Positions 1 through 10,200 of a stretch of 53,482 nt of DNA are shown in pieces. The notes under the pieces were generated by a model. The model was given only the letters and a program-made list of their open reading frames with translations. It made no database searches and was not told the origin of the DNA. The DNA comes from a virus (taxonomy: Duplodnaviria; Caudoviricetes), in the IMG/VR virus record IMGVR_UViG_3300030117_002594, positions 1 to 53,482 of that record; one strand, given 5' to 3'. A program made the translations under genes and the position numbers. The stretch's first letter is position 1; each line of letters starts with the position of its first letter.

Positions 1-7
1 CAGGAAA
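1..7 (+). repeat. 7-nt terminal redundancy CAGGAAA (same as 53476..53482)
   Basis: Identical first and last 7 nt; collapsing them preserves the reading frame (...DSAG|NGPH...). Confidence 0.75.
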
Positions 8-1091
8 TGGTCCTCATTTTATTGTAGGTAGTGATAATTTAATACAAACAACAACATCAGATTCAAGTACATTAAATGCAATACATACTACAGGTATATT
101 ACTTGATAATGTTGCAGGTGGTTCAAATATATTAACACTACAATCTTATAACCAAGAAATACAATTAACTCCTGGCTCAAATGCTGCAGGAGAAAGATAT
201 GTAGGTATTACAGGTAGTATTGATGTAGCGCAAGGCGGAGCAACAACATATAATAGAATATCAGGAGCAGGTACTAAAATAGGTGCTATTGCTAATAGTG
301 CTTTTGCTGGAACAAGTGATTTATCAACTGGCGATACAGTTATATATAGTGATAATGGTAAAATGCAAATAGATGCTAGTGAAGATATAGCAAGTATTAC
401 AACTGCAGATTTTATTTTTGGAGCAACAAGTTTAGCAGGTGCAAATTCAAGTGATAATAAAGAAGTTAAATTATATGGTAACAATACATCTGCTTATACA
501 CAATGGAGTCAAGCAAATAATAAACTTTTAGTAGTAGGTACTGCAGCAGGAACTACAAACTTTCAAGTACACACTGGTAAAGCAATATTTGGTAGAACTG
601 GTGTAGACTCTTTAGATGTTGACTTTTTTGGAGCTGCTGGAGAAATTGCTTCAGTTGATGCTGGTGATAGTTTCTTAAAGGTATCTCAAGGATTTAGAAA
701 AGTACCTGAAGTAAAAGCTGCAACAGTAACACTAACTTCACAAGAATCTGGTAGACCAATAGCAATTAAAAATAAAACTGCAGACTCTACATATACATTG
801 CCTGCTGTTGCTGATGGTCTTAATTATAAATTTATGATAGTAGAAAGAACTGGTTCATACGATGTAAATATAGTTACACCTTCTCAAACAAACTTTTTCT
901 TTGGGAGTGTACTACATGTAGATACAGATAATTCACAAGCAGTTGTAAGTTCTGATAATGATAGTAACAATAAATTAAATATGCAACTATTAGACCCAGG
1001 AAGTATGATTGAAGTTGCTTGTGACGGAACAAATTGGTACATATCTGGATACGCTGTTTCAACAGAAGCACCAGTATTTAGTGATGTATAA
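1..1091 (+). CDS. C-terminal part of tail/virion fibre protein (continues from 51450..53482 across the circular junction)
   Basis: The frame of ORF 363..1091 is open back to position 3 (GNGPHFIVGSDNLIQTT...). G/T/S/A-rich beta-repeat composition; C-terminal domain ends ...GSMIEVACDGTNWYISG. Confidence 0.8.
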   Translation, partial: GNGPHFIVGSDNLIQTTTSDSSTLNAIHTTGILLDNVAGGSNILTLQSYNQEIQLTPGSNAAGERYVGITGSIDVAQGGATTYNRISGAGTKIGAIANSAFAGTSDLSTGDTVIYSDNGKMQIDASEDIASITTADFIFGATSLAGANSSDNKEVKLYGNNTSAYTQWSQANNKLLVVGTAAGTTNFQVHTGKAIFGRTGVDSLDVDFFGAAGEIASVDAGDSFLKVSQGFRKVPEVKAATVTLTSQESGRPIAIKNKTADSTYTLPAVADGLNYKFMIVERTGSYDVNIVTPSQTNFFFGSVLHVDTDNSQAVVSSDNDSNNKLNMQLLDPGSMIEVACDGTNWYISGYAVSTEAPVFSDV

Positions 1092-1123
1092 TAAGTAAAC
1101 AAAAACAAACAGGGAGGTCAGAA

Positions 1124-1294
1124 ATGGCTAAAGAAAATAAAAAAGAAGAAACTAAACCTTTAACTGTAAGTCAAAAAATACAAGCGTTAAAAGGACAGCA
1201 AGAGCAATTAAGAGAAGGATTCCTTAAAATACAAGGAGCGATTGAATTGCTTGAAGGAATGGAAGCAGAGGGCCAAAAAGAAGAGGCTAAATAA
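1124..1294 (+). CDS. 56-aa coiled-coil protein (not in ORF track)
   Basis: SD GGAGG then ATG 1124; MAKENKKEETKPLTVSQKIQALKGQQEQLREGFLKIQGAIELLEGMEAEGQKEEAK*; TAATG coupling to the next gene. Confidence 0.8.
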   Translation: MAKENKKEETKPLTVSQKIQALKGQQEQLREGFLKIQGAIELLEGMEAEGQKEEAK

Positions 1295-2172
1295 TGATAT
1301 GTCCACACTGCAATTCCAAAAAGGTACAAAGTAGAGGAACAAGAATAAGGAACAGTGGCGTTAAGGTAAGAGAATTTTCTTGCAAAGAATGCAAAAAATG
1401 GTTTACTGTTCATCTTAACCAACCTCAAGTACCAGAAGATATAGAACCAGGTCAGGTTCTTCAATTATCCTATGATAAACCTATAAAATTACATTGCGCT
1501 ACGGATGTACATCATGGAGCAGTAGAGCATCATTATGAAAAGTTTGATGACTTTATTGCAGAAGTAGATGCAGACCCTAATGCAAGATGGTTTATGAATG
1601 GTGATAATATAGAACTTATACCGCCTAATTACAAAATAAGTCAAAGAGGTCAGGATATGGAACCTGATGACCAGCATATTACTTTTATGAAAAGAATAGA
1701 AAAAATTGCTGATAAACTTGTTTTTATAAGAGGTGGTAATCATGATATGATTCGTTCTATTAACTTGCTTGGAGTAGATATATCAAGAGTAATGGCTGAT
1801 AGTCTTAAAGTACCATACTTTAAAATGCCAGGATATACCCAAATAAGCATAAATGGAGTTAATTGGAACTTAGTATCAGGTCATGGAAAAGGTGGTGGTA
1901 AAAACGGAGATTTAGAACTTGATAAAATGGCTGCAATATATACTGATGGAGATGTCTTTATGTTAGGACATAATCATCAATTATATGCAAAGCCTGTTGA
2001 TAGTCTAAAAATAGAAGGCGGAGAAGAACGATTAAGACGTAGATGGTATTGTCGTGGTGGTTCTTTTCTTAAATATGCTGAATATGCAAGATACAGTTTC
2101 TATGGTGTTGCTCGTACTGGATGGGTAACTATGGAGTTTACTGAAGATGGCATTAAAGCATACGAAAACTAA
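1294..2172 (+). CDS. Calcineurin-like metallophosphoesterase with N-terminal Zn ribbon
   Basis: Motifs DVHHG, NGDNIE, GGNHD, SGHG, GHNH; N-terminal CPHC...CKEC. Confidence 0.85.
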   Translation: MICPHCNSKKVQSRGTRIRNSGVKVREFSCKECKKWFTVHLNQPQVPEDIEPGQVLQLSYDKPIKLHCATDVHHGAVEHHYEKFDDFIAEVDADPNARWFMNGDNIELIPPNYKISQRGQDMEPDDQHITFMKRIEKIADKLVFIRGGNHDMIRSINLLGVDISRVMADSLKVPYFKMPGYTQISINGVNWNLVSGHGKGGGKNGDLELDKMAAIYTDGDVFMLGHNHQLYAKPVDSLKIEGGEERLRRRWYCRGGSFLKYAEYARYSFYGVARTGWVTMEFTEDGIKAYEN

Positions 2173-2210
2173 CAAACAACGCTACCGATGGTGGCTAGAC
2201 AAACTAGGAG

Positions 2211-2396
2211 ATGAAGTTTATGGATTTCAAGGACATGGTAATCGATTACATTTTCAACGAAGAAACAAAGAAAAAAGTAATCGCTAAATGGAATGATGAT
2301 ATTAATATTCCTTTCTTAAATGAAAAAACTGAGGAAAAGATTTTTGAAGCAATCTGGGAGTCAGTTGAATCAGTTCTTAAAGGTGTTTTAAAATAA
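2211..2396 (+). CDS. Small hypothetical phage protein
   Basis: ORF in operon orientation with SD-like AGGAG; exact start uncertain (2211, 2220 or 2235). Confidence 0.65.
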   Translation: MKFMDFKDMVIDYIFNEETKKKVIAKWNDDINIPFLNEKTEEKIFEAIWESVESVLKGVLK

Positions 2397-2468
2397 TATC
2401 CCTGTGAGGACAAACGGAGCGGTCTAATTTAAAAGATAAGACCAGGGTTAGGGTGGGCAAAAATTAAT

Positions 2469-5400
2469 ATGGCAAATAAAATAAAAGAGATAAAAGGTTT
2501 TTTTTCAGGTATTATATCTAGTTTTTCATCTAGTGATATAAAAGATGATGCTGCATCTTACTCTGAAAATATTGATTCTACAGATGAAGATGGTGTATTA
2601 AAAGGTTCTAAAGAAGACAGTATAGAAATAGAAAACTCTTCTATTAAAGCATCTACTGCAAAAACTGTAGAAAATAATGATAATACTTTTGATTTATTAT
2701 ATGCTGATTATGATACAGGTAAGATAAATGTTATAGAGGATTTGTATGGTACAAAATCTGTACAAACACCTGTTAATGCTTCTGAGCCTGGTGAAAATGC
2801 AACTAGTATGGTTGTTAAAAATAATCAAGCATTTGTAGGGTATGGTAAAAATGTAGAACCTAAAATAGTTTATAAAACAAAGCATAAACCTTTTGCAGAA
2901 TCAGATACTAATTTATCTAATTGGATATATGAAAAGTCTACAGTATATGATGAAAGATTATTAAACTCATCTTTTAATATAGACAGATTTTTAGCATTGC
3001 CATCTATAAGTAGTACAAATTCTAAAGATGGTATAGGTATTAGATATGACCATAAAGATATATATTTTGTTAAATTTAAAGCAGATTGGGATAATACTAA
3101 TGATGTATACGACTTTAATGCAAATCCAGCAAAAATAATTATAACAGGTGGTAAAAATGTATTAGGTGGAGCTGCTTGTGATATGTGTCAAGCAAATGTA
3201 GATTCTTACGAAAATGATGATAATTATAAATTTTGGGTATTGTCTAATTCAGGTGGAGATACAGAAGATACTAATAGTTTTCCTATTGTAGAAAAATATG
3301 AATATACTACTTTATATAGTTCTGTAGCTGATGATGGAACACCTGCAATTTCAAACATAGGTAACTATACTGTTAATTTTAATGGTAATAATCCTCCTAA
3401 TGGTTCTGCTCCTGCAACTATATTAGAAACTAAAAATAAAATATGGATACAATATTGGAAACCAAATGGTGATAAGTTTGATAGAAAAGAAAATTTTTTA
3501 TGGTGTGCAGATAAACCTTCTGTAGATTCAACATCAGGTGAATTAAGTTTTGAAAATAAAAGTTTACATTATGATTATATAAAAAAATGTTCTCAAAAAT
3601 TTAGATTAACTTCAGTTAATTGGGGAGCAGAAGAATATGAAGAAACTTATTTTAGAAATCAAGATAAACCTTATCATAATTTAAATAATTCTGATTGGTG
3701 TAGTGGTGATAGTGATTGGGGTGATGGTTATAGTAAAAGAGGCGGTCATTATCTTTCTGGATTTTATATGGATACTAATGAAGCACCATCTTTAAGAATA
3801 GCAAGACATGGACTTACACAATCTCCTCTTACCGATAATCCAACATGGAATAGTGAAGAAACTGGTGCAATAGAACAATTAAATACTAATTACAACCTAA
3901 ATATAGATGAAGCATCCGATGAAGATTGGGTATCTATTATTGGGCAATTTGATGATAAAGCATCTGTAAATATATATACTGCTGAAGAATATAAAGTAGA
4001 TAGAGCATGGTGGAAAGGTGGAGATTATAGAAGATTAAGAGCATCAGATGATAATGGTAATGGTAGTGATAACTTAGATGATAAACATAATTTTATTAAT
4101 TTTTTATACATAGTTGGTGCTATTTTTGCAGCTATAATGGTTTTCTTGGGCAGTCCTTTGGCAAGTATATTAATATTAACTTGGATGGTTAATTTAGCTG
4201 CTAATTTATTTGAAGTTATGTATGATGGTGTAAATTGGTTTTATAATGGTAAGTGTTTTGAAGGCGCTCAATTACAAACTGTTTCTATAAATATATCTTC
4301 AAATCACAATCCTAATGCATTGCTTAATGTTAATACAGACTCTAATAATGGTGAAGTGCTTGATTCTCCAGCTAGAATACAATTAAGAAATTTATCAGGA
4401 TTTGATAATAATTTAGATATAATAGCAGTTAAGCATTACTATAATAGATTAATAGTTTCTGCTTATAATCCTAATGAAGAAAATATTTTGGAAAGAACAA
4501 AACTTATAATGTTTAATACATCTATGCATTCTTTAACAGAAGATTATCCTTTGCCTGTTTTAGTTTTAGACCAAGATGTTGTTAATCAAGAATTAAGTGA
4601 TGAACAAAAAATTATAATTCCTGATGATTATATAGAACAAGGAACAAGTACTAATTTAATAAATAACAAAATTAGCCAAAGGTATCATCCTATAGTTGAT
4701 TTTAATGTACATCCATTTGGCACTTATGATTTTCAGCAAGAAGATTTATTAGAAGAAATTTATCCACATTTAAATATAGATTTTTGGAATGAAGAAGAGA
4801 TAAGTATAAATACAAGTAATTTAGTAAACTCTAGTACTGTAGGTAAAATTTATAATACAGATAGAGCAACATTTGATATATTTTTAAGAAACAATTCAAG
4901 ATTTGATGGTAGAACAATAGTAAATGCTAGGCCTTCTTGGAGTAACCAAACAAATCAATATGACCATATAGGATTTATGTCTACAAGTGGTCCTTTAAAT
5001 ATATCTAAGTTTACATTTTTAACAGTTGGAGAAGATGATGCAAGTACAGACAATAGTCAAATAGGACTTCCTTTAAATCCTCATTTGTTATTCCCAGATA
5101 ATAAAATTTCTATTTTATCAATTAATCAAACTCCTAATACAAGTGATGATACAAATATTAAATCATACTCTTTAAGCACTAAAGCAATATCATTTAATGT
5201 AAAAGCACAAACTTATGATGGTGCAAGTATAGCACCTTTTATTTATAGTAATGAAGAAGGAAACTTAAATCTTTACAGGTATAAAATTAATTTAGTGTAT
5301 GATGGTTATCAAGATAGTCCTTTATCTAATCATTATACAGAAGTAGATATTAGAGACACTAATGTAAGGGCAGATGGTTACACATTAGGAAGCGGAACTA

Positions 5401-7214
5401 CAGCACAAGATGATTACGAAGCATCTTCTCTTGGTATAACTGTAAACTTACATAAACCAGAATTAATTTCTAGAAGAGTTACTCATGTTAGGTTATGGAG
5501 GTCTACAATACAACTTTATGAAAGTGATACAGAAAGCGATACATTTAATGTAGAGGGAGCTTATACATTAGTAGAGACTATACCTTTAAAATCTAATTGG
5601 GTTTTAAATACAGAAACTGTACCAGGTTATAATGATGTTGATTTAGACCTTGGAGAAATTGCTTATTATAGAATTGTAGATAATGGTAATGTTGGAGTTA
5701 GTTATGAAGCATACGTAGGCTTACCAGAAGCAATGAAAAAAACTTTACCTAAGTATACTTTATCAACACAACTTAATGGATTCTTATATATAGCAAATTG
5801 TAAACATTTAGCATTTGATGATGCAAGTGCTTTAATTTTTAGGTCTTTACCAGATAAGTATAGTATGTTTGATTGGACTAAAGATTTTCTTGCATTGCCT
5901 AGCAAACCTAGAGCATTAACATCTTTTGATGGTAGATTAATTGTATGGGATTATGATAACATGTATGTAATAAATCCAGAAGGATTTTATATTGAAGATA
6001 CATTTGAAGGTTCTGGTTGTTTAGGTTCTGAATCTTTTGATAGAAATGAACAAGGTATATGTTTTGCAGATGAAAATAATATATATCTATATGATGGTAA
6101 AAATGTAAATAATATTGGTATACCTATTATTACTAATAACAATTATAAACAAGAAGTATCTTGGAGAAATAGAAGTTTAAATTATGACAGTATAATAAAG
6201 TATAATTCTGTTACTAGAGCATTTTGTGTATTTTTTAAATTAGAATCTACTAGTTTAAATAATTGGGTACATAATTCTTTAAGTGCAGACTCTTTATTTA
6301 ATGCAAGTGGTAATACTCATCCTGAAATTAATAGATGGCATGATATTCAAGGTTCACTTGTTGATTGGGAATTAGCTGAAGAGCAACCAAGATATATAGT
6401 ACATAGAGCCATGAGAGATGCATGGGTTGATAGTGAAACTGATTATATTCCTCAAGACCAAGTTGGTAATGAAGAAGAATTTTTTGCTGATTATATTTAT
6501 GATAATATTACAATACCTTATGGATGTTTGTATGATAAAATTGATGAAAGATATATTGTAGATATGCCTTTATTTTTATATGGTAAAGGAAATTACACAA
6601 TAGATGAAATTGGAGATACTCAAGAATCTTATGATAATGTAATAGTATTAGAAAAATTAGTTTTCCCTGATATTGAAGATATAATTGATATTAATGGTAA
6701 TCTTGCATTACAACCTTTAGATGCTTATTATATTTTTACTTACAATTCAGATAAAAAAAGATGGGATTTACAAACAACAAATGAGTATAAAGGTGCATTT
6801 AATGGACCTAAAGGTGAAATATATTCTTCTCAAATAAAAAGTGAAACAGAAGATACATTTGTTTTAAAAGAATTATTTAAAACTAATACTGTTAAACAGT
6901 TTAATTATACTAGTAAAACATTTTCTTTATCAAACCAAACTGTAAATAAAATACTATCTAGATTAAAAATATTTTATAAATATGCTACTCCTGAATTTGA
7001 GTATATGATAAATAATGATGACAAATGGATTGTTCCTGTACAAGATAATATAACATATGAAAACTATTGCTTGTCTTATAAATTTCCAAAAGAACATAAA
7101 AAGGCTAAAACTATAAAGTTAAAATTTAAAGCAGGTTTTGATATATCCAATAATTCCTACAATACAGAGATTGATTCTTTTTCTATAATATATAGGGAAA
7201 GAGGCAATGTATAG
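2469..7214 (+). CDS. Large tail protein (tail tubular B/nozzle/stabilisation-like)
   Basis: 1581 aa. N-terminal 'IKGFFSGIISS...SENID' and C-terminal beta-propeller-like and 'NKILSRLKIFYK...IDSFSIIYR' segments resemble podovirus nozzle proteins; lies upstream of the fibre and ejection genes. Confidence 0.65.
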   Translation: MANKIKEIKGFFSGIISSFSSSDIKDDAASYSENIDSTDEDGVLKGSKEDSIEIENSSIKASTAKTVENNDNTFDLLYADYDTGKINVIEDLYGTKSVQTPVNASEPGENATSMVVKNNQAFVGYGKNVEPKIVYKTKHKPFAESDTNLSNWIYEKSTVYDERLLNSSFNIDRFLALPSISSTNSKDGIGIRYDHKDIYFVKFKADWDNTNDVYDFNANPAKIIITGGKNVLGGAACDMCQANVDSYENDDNYKFWVLSNSGGDTEDTNSFPIVEKYEYTTLYSSVADDGTPAISNIGNYTVNFNGNNPPNGSAPATILETKNKIWIQYWKPNGDKFDRKENFLWCADKPSVDSTSGELSFENKSLHYDYIKKCSQKFRLTSVNWGAEEYEETYFRNQDKPYHNLNNSDWCSGDSDWGDGYSKRGGHYLSGFYMDTNEAPSLRIARHGLTQSPLTDNPTWNSEETGAIEQLNTNYNLNIDEASDEDWVSIIGQFDDKASVNIYTAEEYKVDRAWWKGGDYRRLRASDDNGNGSDNLDDKHNFINFLYIVGAIFAAIMVFLGSPLASILILTWMVNLAANLFEVMYDGVNWFYNGKCFEGAQLQTVSINISSNHNPNALLNVNTDSNNGEVLDSPARIQLRNLSGFDNNLDIIAVKHYYNRLIVSAYNPNEENILERTKLIMFNTSMHSLTEDYPLPVLVLDQDVVNQELSDEQKIIIPDDYIEQGTSTNLINNKISQRYHPIVDFNVHPFGTYDFQQEDLLEEIYPHLNIDFWNEEEISINTSNLVNSSTVGKIYNTDRATFDIFLRNNSRFDGRTIVNARPSWSNQTNQYDHIGFMSTSGPLNISKFTFLTVGEDDASTDNSQIGLPLNPHLLFPDNKISILSINQTPNTSDDTNIKSYSLSTKAISFNVKAQTYDGASIAPFIYSNEEGNLNLYRYKINLVYDGYQDSPLSNHYTEVDIRDTNVRADGYTLGSGTTAQDDYEASSLGITVNLHKPELISRRVTHVRLWRSTIQLYESDTESDTFNVEGAYTLVETIPLKSNWVLNTETVPGYNDVDLDLGEIAYYRIVDNGNVGVSYEAYVGLPEAMKKTLPKYTLSTQLNGFLYIANCKHLAFDDASALIFRSLPDKYSMFDWTKDFLALPSKPRALTSFDGRLIVWDYDNMYVINPEGFYIEDTFEGSGCLGSESFDRNEQGICFADENNIYLYDGKNVNNIGIPIITNNNYKQEVSWRNRSLNYDSIIKYNSVTRAFCVFFKLESTSLNNWVHNSLSADSLFNASGNTHPEINRWHDIQGSLVDWELAEEQPRYIVHRAMRDAWVDSETDYIPQDQVGNEEEFFADYIYDNITIPYGCLYDKIDERYIVDMPLFLYGKGNYTIDEIGDTQESYDNVIVLEKLVFPDIEDIIDINGNLALQPLDAYYIFTYNSDKKRWDLQTTNEYKGAFNGPKGEIYSSQIKSETEDTFVLKELFKTNTVKQFNYTSKTFSLSNQTVNKILSRLKIFYKYATPEFEYMINNDDKWIVPVQDNITYENYCLSYKFPKEHKKAKTIKLKFKAGFDISNNSYNTEIDSFSIIYRERGNV

Positions 7215-10200
7215 CAAAAAAAGAAAATCACAAAAAACTGGAAGGTCTACAGGGGATAAGTCTGTAGATAGAATTGTTAATGATATTTATAATGAAATAA
7301 ATAAATTAAATGATTCTGTTAAATCTTCTTATAAATCTAATATAGATACAAGAGATGGTAATCCTGGAGATATTAGAATTGTACAAGATAAGTCTTTTGA
7401 TAGTGACCCTAGAGTAGACAAAAGAGAATTTTTTATAGAGGCTAAAACTGAAGAAGGTTGGGTTCGTCAAGTTATGGACAAAACTGAACACAGTGGAATA
7501 TCTAGACAAGGTACAGTTCCTTTATCTTCATTAAAGATTGATGCTAAAAGAGCAATAAAGCAGGGAGAGTTAAGTTTCTGGAAGGCTGATACAAAGCCTA
7601 AATTTAACTTAAAAAACTCGTTTTCTCAAGGCATTGAGGTGTATATCAATGAGAATGTAAAAATAGGTAAAAACGCTGCAAAAAATTTAGAAGTTACAGG
7701 TACATTAAAATTAGCAACCCCTGCTGATGGAGATGCTTCTGCTGAAAATATATTAGTGCATGATACTGGTGATGGTTTAGTAAAGAAAAGAAGTTATGCA
7801 CAAATCTTATCTGACCTTGGTATAAGTGCTAGTGAAATAGTAGACTGGACATCTGACCAAGGTTCTACAAACATACATGCTAGTAATATGGCAGCAGCTC
7901 AAACAGATATTACATCTATACTAAATAGCTCTTTAGTAATAGGTAGAGATTCAGGTAATCAAATATCGTTTGCTACTGACAATGTAATTATTTTTAAAGC
8001 TGACGATGAAACTGAACTTAGATTAAACGCTACAACTTTAAGACCTCATGTAAATGATGGGTTAGCACTTGGAAATACAAGTTACCAATTTAGTGATTTA
8101 CATCTTGCATCAGGAGGAGTTATAAATTGGGATAATGGAAATACTACATTAACACATGCTGCAGGTAAATTAACTTTAAACAATACATTAGAATTTGGCA
8201 GTTTATCTGATGGTTCTATAACTATTACAGACTTTGTAGATGAAGATAATATGGCATCTAATAGTGCTGTTAAAATACCTACACAACAATCAGTTAAAGC
8301 ATATGTAGATTCAGAAATTACAGGATTAGTAGACTCTGCACCAGGTGCTTTAGACACACTTAACGAACTTGCTGCTGCACTTAATGATGATGCAAGTTTT
8401 TCTACTACAGTTACTAACAGTATAGCAACTAAGGTAGGATTAACAGGTGATGAAACAGTAGCAGGACATAAAAAGTTTAGTGATGATGTATTAATAGCAG
8501 GAGCTGCAGCAGACCCTGCAACAACAGACCACGTTAGTTTAGGTGTAAGTAGTGGAGCGTTAAGAATATATACTGATAGTGGTTATACTACTATAGGTCC
8601 TCAAAATTCAGGTTGGACTCATTTTTATACAGATAGAACTAAATATTATTTTAATAAACAGATTGTAGTAGATGACGGGCTTGTTGCTTCTTATGATGAA
8701 GATTTAGTTCTTCGTAGAACATATAATGATACTGTTTATAATCAAATTACAATAGGTGATGATACATTAGATATAAAACTTGATAACACATCTCGTTTAT
8801 CAATAGATGGTGATGGACAAGTAGATTTATCAGGTGATTTAATGCTTCGTGGTGAAGGTGGAATATTTATAGAAAATAGTGCTACAGGTAATGGTGGTAG
8901 TATTATTCAACCTGCAGGTGGTATGTATAGAACAGGTTCAAATACTCATACAGGAGCAATTAAAATTACAGTTCCTCGTGGTACAGGCAACCCTACAGAT
9001 ATGATTAGTTTTTGGGTAGATGTATTTGACTATGGAACTAATCAAGCATTTAGTGCATATATAGCAGGTTATGTATATCAAGATGAAGGTTCTAATGAGT
9101 GGCATAATGTATCGGCACAAATATTTGGAAATTTAGAACAAAATAATTATACAGTAAGATTTGGACACGATACAAATAATCATTGTGTATTAATTGGCGA
9201 AACAACTACATCTTGGAATTATATGCAGGTTACAGTTAGAAATGTTCAAGTAGGTTATACAGCAGACATAGATGATTATAAAGGTGATTGGACAATAACT
9301 TTTGAAACAAGTTTACCAACTATTGATGAAACATTAAGTGATAATTTTACTCTTGCTAAAGGATTAAAAAGTTCAAGTTCTATTGCTGTAACTACAGGAA
9401 CAAGTTCAGGTAATAATTTTACAATTAATTCAACTGGTTTAGTATTTGAAGGTGATACTAACAGATTAGGCTTAGGTACTGTAAGTCCTGCATCTACTTT
9501 TCACGTTGAAGAAGGTGATATAAGAATTGATACTGCATCAGGTGGAACTCAATCATTAAGATTTAGTGAAACAAATACTACAAAGGCTCAATTACAATAT
9601 AAATCAGGAGATGAAGAATTAAATCTTACAACTGCTAATGCTTCAGGTACTTCAACAAAAAGAATAACTATAAAATCAGAACAAGACGATACACAAGTGG
9701 GTATAGGCACTAATAGTCCTTCAGATTTATTAGAAATTCAAGGTGCAGAATCTGAAACCTATCAATATCCATTAGTATTAAGAAATCCTTATAATCATGC
9801 AAGTGATATTGATTTTGGTGTTGGTATAAAATTTAAGTTTGATGATAACAGTGAAGTAAAATGGGCAAGTATTGCATATGAAGCAGATTCTGCTTATGGT
9901 AATTCAGGCGATTTAAAATTTTATGTAGATGGAAATAATAATACTGCTGCAAGAATGACATTATCACATGAAGGTAATTTAGATGTTGTAGGAAACATTA
10001 CTAATGCTAATTGGACAGGTGATGTAATTGCAAGTGCTTACTTAGATAGTGATACTGCTCATTTAACAGGAAGTCAAACTTTTAGTGGAACAAAAACATT
10101 TAGTGCAGGGACTATTTTTGGTGGAGATATTACATTAAATGCTGACAATAAAATTAAAAGTGATACAGCAGGAAGTTGGAACTTTATAGAATTTGATGAT

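Noticed and set aside
1294-1410. IS1-like Zn ribbon suggesting a transposase
   Set aside because: It is fused to a phosphoesterase; no DDE domain or terminal inverted repeats.
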